63,269 nt of DNA, filler included, from Octopus bimaculoides (GCF_001194135.2; 6 parts of 6 records of this genome joined end to end with filler, not necessarily neighbours in it), one strand, 5' to 3'; counted from the whole stretch's first letter, positions 25,223 to 38,930 are shown. Notes: generated from the sequence alone by a model not told the origin. Translations and numbers: made by a program.

Positions 25223-26986
25223 AGAAAGTCCAAGAGATAGGAAAGACGGAGGAAAAAATTCGCCAGCGATTCACAAGTGGTTACATCTTGAGCCGTATAT
25301 ATATCTATATTTTGTATTACGTATATATTTAGCAACATGTTATGTCTAAAGAAATTAAAGGCAATCTACAGTGGCAGCTGAACGACATTTATATTTCTGA
25401 GCAACCCCATCACCAAGCGGTTTTTCAGCGTGTTTGCTCTTTTTTTACCAGTGATTGTTTATAATCCTGTCTTCTGCTACATCACATAATATACGTAACC
25501 GCTGAAAATTTAGCGGCTACGTAATCAAAATCAGACAAGCTATTAGCGTCTAGTATTTTCAAATTTCACACAGTAATCGTTATATATTTCTGACATGAGG
25601 CACACTCATGATATGAATAAAAATTAAATATAATGTAAATGGTTATCTATTAATTGGAGTAACCAACTTCACGGCGGTTATAATGTTGGACCTCAGCGGC
25701 ATTTGAAACCACAGCTCTACGCTGGATTAAATGCTATTGTTACTTGCTTTTACTGAGAAACATTCACAAGCATAGATGTAAAAGCATATCTATAAAATCC
25801 CCGAAATACACACAAACATACACGCATTCATAAATAAATAGATTTTATATACTTAAGCTTTTGTAAATATTTGCATATGTAGACTGCAATAAAAGGTGAA
25901 GTAGGCACTGTATCAAATATTAGCATATTGAAAGTAATTAACTTTTTCAAATAATTTCTATTTACCAAAAAAGAAGAATATGTTGTGCTTATCTCAAATT
26001 ACTATGTCGCTTCTCGTCCGTTTATTTTAACTGATTCTCATATTTACTTTCATAAGTAAATTATCTATTGGTATGTAATAATGGTGAGGATTCAGTGTAG
26101 AATTTGTACATCTAGCAGTTTCTACATTTTGTGGTCTTCACAATTTCGCTCGTATTACAATCCATGTCCCTAGATGTACACACCAGTGACAGCTATTCTG
26201 ATAGAGTAGAAAAACAATATTCACTTGATAGATGTAGGCTGAGCAAATGTCCTGTTATATTGCACCGACGCTATTTTCAGCCAAATTGCAGAAGCTATTT
26301 GTAACAATACGAACTGGACCGCAGAAACCTCTGTGAATTGACTACGACGGACACATTTCATTCTTGTAAGGGAGAATATAAATAAATTATCATTATCATA
26401 ACCACTGTCTAGTCAGGTATTCTATCGATTTAATTATTATGATTCTCGCAATAAGAACATTGATCTATCAATTCCTGCATCTTAAATTCATTATTGGTGC
26501 AGCTGTTTCGTTGTATCACTGAAATATTCATTTATCTTCTATTTACGTCACTCATTTCACAACATCATTGAGAATAAATATCAAGGGAAATGTAAAGTTC
26601 CACACATCTATACCAAATATTAAAAGATGAAATATGTCTCAGAAACACTGAAATACTAAATATATAGCAGAAATAAAAGAGTCACTCAAGGTCCGAGAGT
26701 TTCGTGAATTGTCACTTATCAGGATACAGATTGAACGTCTGTGTGGTTATATAGCTGTTGATAAATATATACAAATATTTCCCAATGGAATGTTGTAGAA
26801 CCATTTATAATAATGCCCATTATGTTGTCCAATATACAAATAAATAAGAAAGAAACAAAGAGGGAAAAGCAAAGCAAAAACAAATATTGTGCATAGCATC
26901 ACACATGCATAGCCATACTTATATATGCAAACATACGCATATCAAAACGAAAACAAAGCCCACAAACATGCCTATATATGATTCTA

Positions 26987-27091
26987 AGTAATTTGACTCC
27001 TGGTAATTTCACTCCCGGTATTTTGGCTCAGGTAATTTGTACCCCGGTAATGTGACTGCCAGTTAATTCCACTCCCGGTCATTTCACTCCT
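26987..27091. repeat. About 15-bp tandem array x7 (ggtaatttcactccc consensus)
   Basis: Read directly; units of 14-16 bp. Confidence 0.85.
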
Positions 27092-27711
27092 AATATTAGG
27101 AAAAAAGGGAAATAAAACGTTAAAACTCATTATTATTTTTGTTGTTGTTGTTGATGACTTACAGTTAACTGAAAGTGTCGTTTCAGCCCCCTAATTTCAG
27201 TCATCCATTCGAGATCCATTCGAGTGTTTTATTTAAAGCGTTTACATGTTTACTCGTGAACCATCCCTGCTTCATTCGTTACTGTTGTGGATGGATTCCG
27301 ATCACCCCCATATGTTTAAAAGTGGACTGTCACATTTGCTATAAATAAAGAACCGTCGAGTTATCAGCAGTTGATTGGTAAGGAGTTCACATTGAACCGT
27401 GTAACGCCATGTAATAGCAAGTCTCGTGCCTTCGTGTAAATACTTCATTAAATTATTTATCCAACTTACAAGGATATAAAAGTTACTTAAAAAGGAATTA
27501 TAAATACACCATGCTTCACGTTTTAAGAGTATCTGCGGAAGGAAAAACTTGTAGATGACATGAATTACATATGAGAATGAGAGGAAGAAGAAAAGGAAGA
27601 AGAAGAAGGAGGAGGAGGAGGAGGAAAAGAAGAAAACTTTCCACTGCAGGGAAAATGCATGAAATTTGACCTATAATCTCCCCCAAAATAATATCGAAAT
27701 TCAATATTTAC

Positions 27712-27763
27712 CTGAGATCTAGAAGGATATTTAACATCACTATACAATTACCATTCTTAAAAG
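27712..27763 (-). CDS. Candidate 52-nt exon (FKNGNCIVMLNILLDL)
   Basis: Acceptor ttttgttttcttactttttcttag, donor cag|gtaaat; one open frame, phase 1 to phase 2. Confidence 0.45.
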
Positions 27764-28252
27764 CTAAGAAAAAGTAAGAAAACAAAATCTTTTGAATTTT
27801 TTTCTTACTTCAGTTGACATTTTAGTAATAGCAATATATACTGCTGAATTCATATCTTCATTTCCATGTCACGTGATTACATACTCTTGACTTTATTCAT
27901 ATTGATAATCCTAACCTTTCACTAATTATTTCGATTGACCTGAATTACCGGTATATTCACTCGAAAAGCATCGACGAGAAAGTGTTTATATAGCATTATT
28001 AAGATAAACAACCGCAGTGCTATAGACGAAAACGATGAGCAAATCGAGATAGAGAAATGGTTGAGGTTAATATGTTAGTTAACTGTTTAGAAATTAAAAA
28101 TAATTCGCTTATAACATGCAAACTGTACATGTTAAATACATTGAAACATCTTCCTGTTGCAGTGTATATTTATACACGCACGCGTGCGCGCAGACAGACG
28201 CACACACACACACACACATACACACGCACACCCACACACACACACACACACC

Positions 28253-28328
<76 letters not shown>

Positions 28329-28445
28329 TGAAGTAAATAGACACACCATAAAATGTCGTTTCATTTTAATTTTAACTTGAAATGGCTTATATTCTTCATC
28401 AATTGACATTTTTAGGTTCCAGGTTCTATATGTAACTATTTAAAT

Positions 28446-29315
28446 ATGCCACATACAAATGAAACATTGGAACAGTCTGAATTTCAAGGAGACTGTATTG
28501 TAGGTCAATCTGAAAGTGGACTTAGTCAACGTAAAGTCATAGAAAACATTGGCCCCCCATTTCCTTTGTTAAGAGAAGCGTGGAGGATTATCCTCGTTGC
28601 AAGTCTTCTGACATAGCAAAACATGCTGACAGCTCTCAGGTATCTTCAAAACCTTTGCCTACTATGGCAGGGCAGCAAGAAGGAAGACACTTCTTCAACC
28701 AGCGAGTATAAAACGGAGAAAAGAACGGGCTAGTGAGATAGTGGAGAGATCACTAACATTTTCGAACATTGTCATCTTCTCTGATGAGTCTAGATTTACT
28801 GTGGGTGAGCGTGGGTCGGGAGAGTCTGTGATCAAGAAATTGATGTGAAAAGTCTGCAGCCAACAATGAAATATGGTGGTTATTTTGTGATGGTCTGGGG
28901 AGCAATTTGGAGCAATGGTCGATCAGAGCTGGTGCAGAGTGAGGTAAATATAGACACAGATAAATATGTGTTCATATCGGAGAAAGGATTCCTTTAAATC
29001 ATCTCCAGTGGTAAAATGATTGAAGAAGACTCTCCTTGCCATACAGCTAAACAGACCAAAGACTGGTTGGAAGAGAATGACATTAGAAATCTTCCATGGC
29101 CAAACCAGTCACAAGATAAGAACCCTATTGAACACATCTGGGACATAATGGACAGAACACGTCGTAAGAACAAAAAAGCAGCTTCAAATGCAGATTGTTT
29201 TAGATTACTGCATGAAACATGGCATGAAATTCGGTAATAGAATATTCGTCATCTGATCAGCATGCCTAATAGACTACTTGCGCTGAAAAATGCACAGGGC
29301 ATGTCTACTAACTAT
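28446..29315 (+). mobile_element. Tc1-family (DD34E) transposase relic
   Basis: IVGQSESGLSQRK, VIFSDESRFT, VMVWGAI, WPNQSQDKNPIEHIWD, SMPNRLLALKNAQGMSTNY; frameshifts and stops. Confidence 0.9.
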
Positions 29316-29317
29316 TC

Positions 29318-29490
29318 TTTTCTAATCTAGGCACAAGGCCCGAAATTTTAGGGGAGGAGGCCAGTCGATTAGATCGTCTCCAGTATGCAACTGTTAATTA
29401 ATTTATCGACCCCGAAATGATGAAAGGCAAAGTCGATCTCGGCGGAATTTGAACTCAGAAGGTAAATTAAGACAAAATACTAAAGACAGA
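29318..29490 (-). mobile_element. SINE family 2
   Basis: aggcacaaggcccgaaatt...gatgaaaggcaaagtcgatctcggcggaatttgaactcagaa. Confidence 0.9.
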
Positions 29491-29787
29491 GTATGGAGTG
29501 GAAACATCCTGGCTCACCAGCGACGAGGAAATTGAAGACTTACTCTTCTGCTGGAAAGGTGATGCAAACCTTTTTTGTGGGAATCAAAAGGGCTTATGCT
29601 AGAAGACTACCCGGAAAAGGGGTGTACGATCAATATTGCAAGATACAGTGCTTTACTGGCCAACACACCGAAGCCAGCAATTCGCACCAAGCGCCGAAGC
29701 CTATTGTCGAGGAAAACTTTGTTGTAGCGTGACAATGCACGTTCACACATGGTCGCTGAGACCGTTCGAACCATTAACCAATTATGC
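29490..29787 (+). mobile_element. mariner transposase central fragment
   Basis: MEWKHPGSP..K.K..SAGKVM, then after a frameshift FWESKG..LEDY..KG.TIN.ARY..LL....KPAIR.KRR.LL....LL*RDNARSH. Confidence 0.85.
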
Positions 29788-30030
29788 TAGAAACCTCCGA
29801 TAAACTTCAGCACCTGACGCACCTACCGACCACAGAATTCGGATCACAGTTCTCTGATGCATATTGATAGTGGAACGACCATGCTTACACTGTAAAGCCA
29901 GAAATAAAAATAGCACGATCAGGCTCAAATTTCGATCACCTGACGAAAATATTACGAACTTCAAGCACGCATGCGCAGAAGGAAGTGTGACAATAATAAA
30001 GGTATGTTATGCTGAAAGTGCAGACAGTAT
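29787..30030 (-). mobile_element. mariner N-terminal fragment and 5' region, inverted
   Basis: QRTVIRILWSVGASGAEVYRRF matches the mariner N-terminus (QRAVIRFLWxEGxSGAEIHRRL). Confidence 0.7.
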
Positions 30031-31717
30031 TTGACCTCCCCTCACATGTTATACACAAACGCACACACATATATTAATATATATAATATATATANNNNNN
30101 NNNNNNNNNNNNNNNNNNNNNNNNNNNNNNNNNNNNNNNNNNNNNNNNNNNNNNNNNNNNNNNNNNNNNNNNNNNNNNNNNNNNNNNNNNNNNNNNNNNN
30201 NNNNNNNNNNNNNNNNNNNNNNNNNNNNNNNNNNNNNNNNNNNNNNNNNNNNNNNNNNNNNNNNNNNNNNNNNNNNNNNNNNNNNNNNNNNNNNNNNNNN
30301 NNNNNNNNNNNNNNNNNNNNNNNNNNNNNNNNNNNNNNNNNNNNNNNNNNNNNNNNNNNNNNNNNNNNNNNNNNNNNNNNNNNNNNNNNNNNNNNNNNNN
30401 NNNNNNNNNNNNNNNNNNNNNNNNNNNNNNNNNNNNNNNNNNNNNCAGTCATATATGTTCCTTAAAAGATAAAGGTGTCAGTTAAAACATCCATTGGAAG
30501 ATCATGGCCCATTGTAAGCTCTACACCAACGGCAGTGGAAAGTGCGGTCGTTGTGATATGGAAAGATGGCTCTTCTAAATTCAAGACCTGAACCTTTAGG
30601 ATCATGTCCATATGTGGCTAAATATTTGTTACGTTTTGGGTCCTCCGAGATTACAGATAGGACTTGTCCTTTTATATTGCGTCCACGTACAAGCTTTTAT
30701 CTCTTTATACTCTTTAGTTGTATTTCTTATGTATATTTTATATATTTTTTTACATATCTATAGGAATATTGTCTTATAGGTTTATTGCTCATATATTTTT
30801 TACCCATATTTTTTTTGTATTTTACCTCCCACCCTGCATTTTTCCGTGGGTATATAGGCGTGTATGGGTTCTTTGTGCGCGCGTGTCGATGTGTGCGGGT
30901 GGGCGTGTATGTCCGTATATAGACGTGTGTGTGCGCGTGCATGCGAGTATGTGTGTATATAGACGTGTATATGAACCGTTTTTTCTGCGTGCGTGTGTGT
31001 GTGAACGTTTGTGCATAAATTATTTTTTGGCGAATGTGGGGGTGCGCCTGTCTGTGTTTCAAGCGAGTGTGGACGAGCATATGCACATAGGCAGATGTAT
31101 GTGTGTTTGCGTACACGCATGTGTATGTATGAACATGCGCTCATACGTGTTCGCCATGAGCATATTTACACCTTTAACTTTTATTTTTTGCTTATTTTTA
31201 CAAGTTTTTTAAATACATTTTTCCATATTTTACCTTTAGCCCTGCCTTTTCTTGTGCATGTGCGTATATTGACGTATGTATGAAGCTTTTTTGTGAGCGC
31301 GCGCGTGTATGTGCGATCGTGTATGCGGGTATGTATATATTTTTTATTTTTGGTGAACGTGTGGGTGAGCAAGTGACTGATCCAATTGAGGGTGGATGAG
31401 TATATACATACAGGTACATGTACGTGAGTGTGCGGGCGCGCAAGTGTATGTATGGAGATGTTCGCTTATGCGATCGCTATGAAATTTTTTACTCCCTTAC
31501 TTTTACTCCCCCCCCCAATTACTTAGTGGTCATTCTAATATTTCTTTTGTCTTATAATATTTCTTTTGTCAATCACACAGTAATTTCCCTTTGTTTAACG
31601 ATCATTTTCATAATATTTTTTTGCGATAGCCCGATAACTGAAGAGATGCCGTCTTGGGTTTCCGCCCCAACATCCGAAACTCGCAGTGCTATCATGGCTA
31701 CCGAATAATTGTGACAT

Positions 31718-31772
<55 letters not shown>

Positions 31773-32929
31773 TTTTCTTTCTTTCTGTTCCTCTCTCTCC
31801 CTCTCTCTCTTTGTGTATGTCAATAATTATACAACTCCAATTGTATGAATGGATTTATCATGCGCTGTGCCCTTAATTGGTTGCTAACAGAAAATCCATA
31901 ATGATCAATAAGCTACTTTTTAAATATTGCTTTTTAATTAGTAGCTGTTCTATAGTGCCTATTTATTGATTTTGTATATGCTAGATGCCAAACAGTTGTC
32001 ATAGAGTCGTAGATTGACGTTATAATTTGTGAAGTTGTGTTGCTACAGTTATTCACTGTGAAAACAACATCTATTTTAAAATACAGCCAGTGAAAACCAA
32101 CTTGATAATGACCTCATTGAGAAGCAATGTAAAATCACAGTTGGATATTAGAGAGTTTATTTGCTCTAAGTTGGCAAAATAAAGAGGGTACGTAGCTTGT
32201 CAATATAACTAGATGTTGGTGGTCATAAGCCAGTTTATACAGTTGATTTATATCGTAGAGTGTTTGCGCTTTGTTGATTCAGAATCGCTCGAGTGTCATT
32301 CGGATTTTTTCTGCTTCATTAGGATCTGAGATCGAATCCCGTAGAAGTCGATTTTGTCTTTAGTCCATTATTGAGCCAATAAAATGAACTGTAAGTGAAA
32401 TAGTCCGTGCAATGCACTCGCCTTAATCACCTGAGTCGCCCTTCTGAGCACTGAAGGATTTTAAGAAATGGATTGGTGAAATCGTTATTTAAGGAGCTTG
32501 TAAATATGAGCAGCCACATTTAGTTTTAGTCATGACATAATTACAGAGTACAGAGAATAGAAAGGGGACAAATCGATCATTCAGAAGCGGTGTGTAGGAG
32601 ATGAGATGGTCAGCTTATGATGTAATAATCTCGACGACCTTTTGACCGAGTTAAGAAAGAGTGAAATTTGTGAATAGATTTATGTTCGTATATTTTTCAT
32701 TATTCGTGCTTTGCTTGAACTGCAGGAAGTCAGATATATTGTGGAGATATTTGTTACTAGAGTTTTATATTACACATTGCGCTCTTCAAAGCATAGTAGG
32801 GGAGCCATGTGTTAAGAGGAATTATTTGGGGTTTCGATAATTCACATTTGGAAATATGGGTGTTTCGTCCAACATCCTCAAATAACACTTATTACAGGAC
32901 CTTTTGAGCGATATGTGCTACTCGACCTG

Positions 32930-33834
32930 AAAAAATTCTGATTAGGCCCCCATCAGTGCTGTGCTTGAAAAACATCGAAAAGGCAATAGGTCGACAGTTA
33001 CAGGCCGATATCGTACGTGCCACTATTGTGGAAATCATTGAATGGAATAGTTGCAAAGTCAATGTAGGGACATCTGGAAAAAAATGGAGTACTGCCACAT
33101 GAGAAGAATGGGTGCAAGCGTAAGTACAGAGATACTAACGATTAACTCCTGGTACACAAAACTGTACTTAGAAGAGAAGGAAAACTAACTTAGGCATGGC
33201 AAGGATGAATTATTGTAGGGTGTACGATATGATCCCACATTCTTGGATTATGGAAAGTATGAATCTATTTTCTATTGCATCGAATGTTGAGCGATTGGAA
33301 AACATATGGCGAAGTGGAAAACGGAAGTGACAGCACATGGAAGGAGTTTAGGGACAATAGAATGAGGAGAAGCATCTTCCCAGGGGACTGCTTGTCTCCA
33401 CTGTACATGTTACCACTAACACTGATACCGAGGAAAGCAAAGGCTGGGTATGTATTCAAAAGCCGCCAACAAAATGTCAACCACTTATTATACATGGATG
33501 ACCTCAAACTTCATGGTAAATTTGAAATCCCAAGTGAGTTCCCTTGTTGATACAGTGAATACTTTCAGTGTTAATATCAGAATGGAGTTCGGATTGAAAA
33601 AGTGTGGAGTGTTAGTCTTGAAGAGAGACAAAATCAAATGTATGGACGGGATAGCAATACGTAAGGCAAGGTTGTGAAGCAGATAGAAGAGGCGGGCTAT
33701 AAGTACTTGGGGATACTGGAAATGGATAAATCGATGGAGAAAGAAACGGCAGCAAAATTTAAGCGGGAGTACTGGTGGAGACTGAGATTGAACCTTCAGT
33801 CGAAATAAAAAGAACGGAATAAGATTGAAGCTAT

Positions 33835-33835
<1 letters not shown>
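32930..33835 (+). mobile_element. R4/Dong-like (RLE) LINE reverse-transcriptase fragment
   Basis: VDSYRPISY, YDMIPHSWI, IFPGDCLSPL, NHLLYMDDLKL, IRMEFGLKKC, YKYLGILE; many stops and frameshifts. Confidence 0.9.
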
Positions 33836-33904
<69 letters not shown>

Positions 33905-33917
<13 letters not shown>

Positions 33918-34320
33918 CGTTTATTTGCNNNNNNNNNNTGATGATGATGATGATGATGATGATTTCGTTTATTTGCCACGAGGGCGAAGGACGAGGGGGA
34001 CATTACAGAGACAGACATAAAATGTGGTAGTTTACATATAATACTGAAATGATAAAAGAAAGACAAATAATTTATACACGGTATGCACTAGAAAAGAAGG
34101 GATATATGCACAGCAAACAAAATTGAAAACAACTGGCTGGAGATGATAGAGATGTGGCCTTCCTAATACAGGAACACCTCTAGTGATAATCGAGGAAACC
34201 CACTGTCCGAGATTTCCATGAAACTCTATGAACAAGCACCCTCTCCAAATCTTTCTCTCCGACTCACAGGTCTACACATTTTCGCAACTTCTCTTTCTTC
34301 ATTAACCACGAAGGTTTACA
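33905..34320 (-). mobile_element. Possible LINE 3' end with (CAT)n tail
   Basis: Minus strand ends aataaacgaaat(cat)n; the preceding sequence is coding-like but decayed; clade uncertain. Confidence 0.35.
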
Positions 34321-35149
34321 TTAAGAAAGACATTATGGACAACAAGAAGACAAAAGAAAAAATGTGTGTTAGTATGTGTGTGAGCGTGTGTTGTGAGGTA
34401 GCGACTACAGCGGCAATGGCAGTCATGATGACCATGATCATGATCATGTCACAGTGATGACAACGACGGCGTTGATGTCGGTGATAACATCAACGACCAC
34501 GATGACAACAGTGATGATTGCTGACTCACACACAAGGTTACTAAGTTAGTGTGAGGGTCAATAAAAGAACTGTACTGCTTTATTGATTCTTTTCTGTTTT
34601 TTTATCGATCATTGAATGATAAAAGATAGAGGTGACCGCAGTGAGAAGATGACTCAGGATATAAACAAATGTATCGCTCCATCGGTTCTCTAGATCCATT
34701 ATCCTTATAGCATTAGTTGAAGCTGCACCAGCAGCAGAAGCGGCACCAGCAGCAGCTGTAGTGGTAGTAGTAGTTGTGGTGGTGGTGATGCTGCTGCTGG
34801 GAGGATGAATGTGTTTTTAATAGAATTTAAGTATCCGAGAAATAAATATTCTCAGGCATTGGACATAGAAAACTAAATGAACGACAGTAAAATCCTTGTA
34901 TTCAATCCATCCTTAGGATTTTAGTAGAATTCAGTGATTTTGATGATATTTGATTGGCAATATTTCCTATAAAGCAATCAAAGCTTCATCGATCATCAAC
35001 TGTATCCACTTTTCATAGATGTGAAATCTCCATTCTATCACCTGGAATAATGATATTTCCCGGACAACCAAACTTCCTCGAACATTTTATAACAGGATAT
35101 CTTCTTTTATCACTCTCATTCATTCCATTATGTGTTCCAGTTCAATGCC

Positions 35150-35263
35150 TGTACTTATGCTGGGGTACCCACATTTATAGTGTATAACGTCTATCGGGGG
35201 ATAGGGAATCAATCCCGGTTTCCTGCGTGACAGGCAGGAACACTTACAATATGTCACCGAGGA
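35150..35263 (-). pseudogene. tRNA-Asp(GTC)-derived pseudogene or SINE head
   Basis: TCCTCGGTGACATATTGTAAGTGTTCCTGC-CTGTCAC-GCAGGAAACCGGGATTGATTCCC aligns to eukaryotic tRNA-Asp; anticodon arm intact, acceptor stem and T-loop broken. Confidence 0.8.
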
Positions 35264-36489
35264 GCAACTTTTGTTTATAAATATTAGACATAAAATGTGG
35301 TTGCAAGATTTGCTAAAAATAATAGCCAAATCTCATATCACATGCTGCCCTTAAGTCATGAGAGAATTTCTATGCAGTCGCTTACCTTGGTAAATAGTAA
35401 CCAAATCTCTGTCAAATCATAGCGTACTGGCTTAGAAAAAAGAACACATTTGATAATGTGTCCAAGATACACTGTATTTGAAAAATATAAGACAGTTTTC
35501 TTGTATACACATACATATGCACACATACGCACACGTACACGGTGACACATAATTTCCCCCCCCCATACCCACACAGAAGTGGTGATGGTTTATTTGCCTC
35601 CCCGTAACACCCAAAGAATAGATAGTATAAGCACCAAACTTAATCGGATAAATATTGGGATCCATGTATTCAGCTAAGTCGTCAGGGCGCAGATCCCCGT
35701 TTGACTGCAGTCAAATGCCTAAAATTATTAAAAGGTAAATGTTATAGTTGGAATGAAAACGTTTGCTCGATAGTCTGTTCAAACTGAAGAGATTTGTGGC
35801 TAAACAATATCGACATGGACGAAGAATTTAGTAAACTAAGATATTCTAAAACTAAGACATTCTAAATAAACTAATCACTCTATCTACTTGCCACTCAAAT
35901 AATTTGGTAGCTATCTCTTCCTTTTTTCTCCTTTAAATCCAGATAATCAAGTGAGCATGATTAAGTAGTGGAGTATAGTAATCAATACACAGTAATGAAG
36001 ATGACAAAAGGCATTAAATACGCTATATATTACCCAGAATAGAAATTAATAAAACGGAACTTGTCACATGTGTTCACTCAGTAGATTACGCCGAGTGCTC
36101 ATATGATAATTTCGTTAGAATACTGGAAATTACGCGGAACATTTACATCTGATATAAACTAGCATTGCTAGGTTTTAGTGTTGTGTATCATCTGCATTAA
36201 GTGTTATTACTGGAGACATTCTACATAATCCCATGATCTGCCAGAAATAGCAACCAAAACATCTCTAAATTTGCACCCTACCATCATAAATTGGAGGGAT
36301 ATATTAAAAAGATATAGCTAGAAGAGAACGATGTCTGAAAGGGGCGATAAAATGTCTTTAAACAGAGCTTGACTACAGCTTGAATACGACTGTCAGGGAG
36401 GTATACAAGAGCAAGAACAACAACAGTAACAACAACAAAAGCAATGACAACACGAACGTCCCTTATATATAATACTGTTTCTAGTAATA

Positions 36490-36700
36490 TTAGTTTCAAA
36501 TTTTGGCACAGGGCTAGCAATTTAGGAGAAGTGGTAAAGTCGATTAAATCGACTTCAGTGCTCAACTTAATGTTATCGAGCCCGAAAGGATGAAAGGCAA
36601 AGTCGACCTCGGTAAAATTGGAACTGAGAGCGTAAAGACGGATAAAGTGCGGTTAAGTATTTTGTCCGGTGTCCTAAAAATTCTGTCAGTTCATCGCGCT
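36490..36700 (-). mobile_element. SINE family 2
   Basis: ttttggcacagggc...gaaaggatgaaaggcaaagtcgacctcgg. Confidence 0.85.
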
Positions 36701-37547
36701 ATTCTCTGGCAATATTGCTGGTGATATTTGTCGTTATTTTGTCAAACACTTCGTGTGTTTGTTATTTAGTAACGAACCATAATCGATTGCCATTTGGTAA
36801 TGACATGTAAAATGCAAGGGAATTTTACAATCCACCACATGAGTGCTATTTATCCAGTTAATTCCTTAAAGTAATGAAATGCAATGTCTCCATCGAAAAA
36901 GCTTGCACTGATATTAAGTGTGTCCACTGAAACAGTTATTTGACGAAATCCCTCGGAGAGACAATTTCTCTTTCATCGTATTGTCAAAAGGGGAAAATGG
37001 CGACGATTGTGATGACAATGTAGTCAACAATGATGATCATCATGATCATGATCATGATTATGACCATTATGTTAATAACGATAACGTTTATGATGATATC
37101 ACAGTAAAATATCCATTTTTCTCGACTTCAAAATATTTTAGCTCTTCTATTAATGGTTTTCAGACAGAAAAAGGAAGAAAAGAATTGAAAATAGGAAGAA
37201 AGTGAAAAGAAATACAGTAAAAGAAAACAGAAATATCCAGTTTCAGTGTAGAAATCTAATTGCAATATGTTGCAAAGAAAAAAGATGGAAGATATCAGAG
37301 TGTGTATATCAAAGAGTGATATGATAATAGACAATGTAAATGTTAAACACATACGTTACACACACACATACATACATAAATACATACATACATGCATACA
37401 TACATACATGCTTGCATACGTAAATACGTGTATACGTACGTATGCATATGTGTACATACGTACATGCATATATGTATACATGCATGCATACACACATACA
37501 TACATACATAAACACTTATACTCGTATATGCATATGAATATATATAT

Positions 37548-37602
<55 letters not shown>

Positions 37603-37710
37603 NNNNNNNNNNNNNNNNNNNNNNNNNNNNNNNNNNNNNNNNNNNNNNNNNNNNNNNNNNNNNNNNNNNNNNNNNNNNNNNNNNNNNNNNNNNNNNNNNN
37701 NNNNNNNNNN

Positions 37711-37776
<66 letters not shown>

Positions 37777-38499
37777 TCATGTATATGTATGCTTGGAAAT
37801 ATGTGGGTATGTGTGAGAGTGTCATTGTATATGTATGTGTAGATATCTGGAACTGTACAAGAAATTTTGTACGTATGTGCATGCCGTCTTATATCGGTGT
37901 TTTCTATTTAATAAAGCTCGTCCTTTTCAATGCATCCATCGTATTTTCGAATTTTATCTTTCTTGCACTCCCCTTCTATATTTAGCGTTCTTTCTCTGTC
38001 CCCCTCTCTCCCCTCCCTTTGTCTATCACACAGACGCTGTTGCTCTCGATCACAACACATTCTGCTTCTGTCAGATTATGAGGATTGGCCAATTCTTTGC
38101 TTCGTGAAATTTGTTCGCAACGCTTGTTTCTGTGCTCCGCATATCAAGGTAACTGCTTGAACAACATCCAACCGTTATATGGATATGTGTTCCTATCTAC
38201 ATCTCTCTCAAGAACCTTCTTTTCCTTCCATTTTGATTTCCCTCATTATTTCTGTCTTATTTTATATATCATCGTACATTGATTGCTTTCTCTATGAAAT
38301 AAACCTGTCTTCCTTACAAGTAGCTCTTCATTTGCATTCCTTATATCTCAAGAATTATTGCTTGAAATTCTACCTGATTATAATCCACAAAAACTTATCA
38401 CTCTCTGCTCTCCTTTGGTTCTTGACCGTTCTTGGCTTTGTCATCATCAGCCTTATTAGCTCACTTTAGGTATTTGCCACTGAGAGGATTTTTTGTCAA

Positions 38500-38530
<31 letters not shown>

Positions 38531-38814
38531 GAAGATGTCGCACAGTATCCAATGTTATGAGGCTGTAGTCTAAAGATATTGTGTGTACAGGGCGTTTGTA
38601 CTGTGTGCCAAGTCACTACAAGAATCTCAGATAAACAGTACTTTATGCAGTTTGCATGCAGTTCCAAGTAAAGCCGATTTGCAATAAGCTAATATTTTAG
38701 GGTATCTCTAAAGTGCCCAGATATTTCTTCAGGCTTGCTGGTATTGATGCAATCAGCGAATAGGCTAAGGTTTAATACAATGGACAAAACAATGTCTTCT
38801 GAAAATTGTTTCAG

Positions 38815-38930
38815 GCGGCAAGCAGGCAGAATCGTTAGGACGGCGGGCAAAACGCTTAGCGATATATTGCCCTTCTTTATGTTCTGAGTTTAGATTCCAC
38901 CGTGGCTGACTTTGCCTTTCGTCCCATCGG
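38815..38930 (+). mobile_element. SINE family 2, 5' part
   Basis: aggcggcaagcaggcagaatcgttagg...gactttgcctttcgtcc. Confidence 0.75.

Noticed and set aside
26690-26728. CTGATAA-GTGA-caat-TCAC-GAAA on the minus strand
   Set aside because: Stem II is good, but G8 is lost and there is no NUH or stem I; at best a dead relic.
28775-28800. CTGATGA at the Tc1 relic
   Set aside because: It is the coding sequence for S-D-E-S of the transposase.
35194-35263. Functional tRNA-Asp gene
   Set aside because: Acceptor stem cannot close and the T-loop lacks TTCGA.
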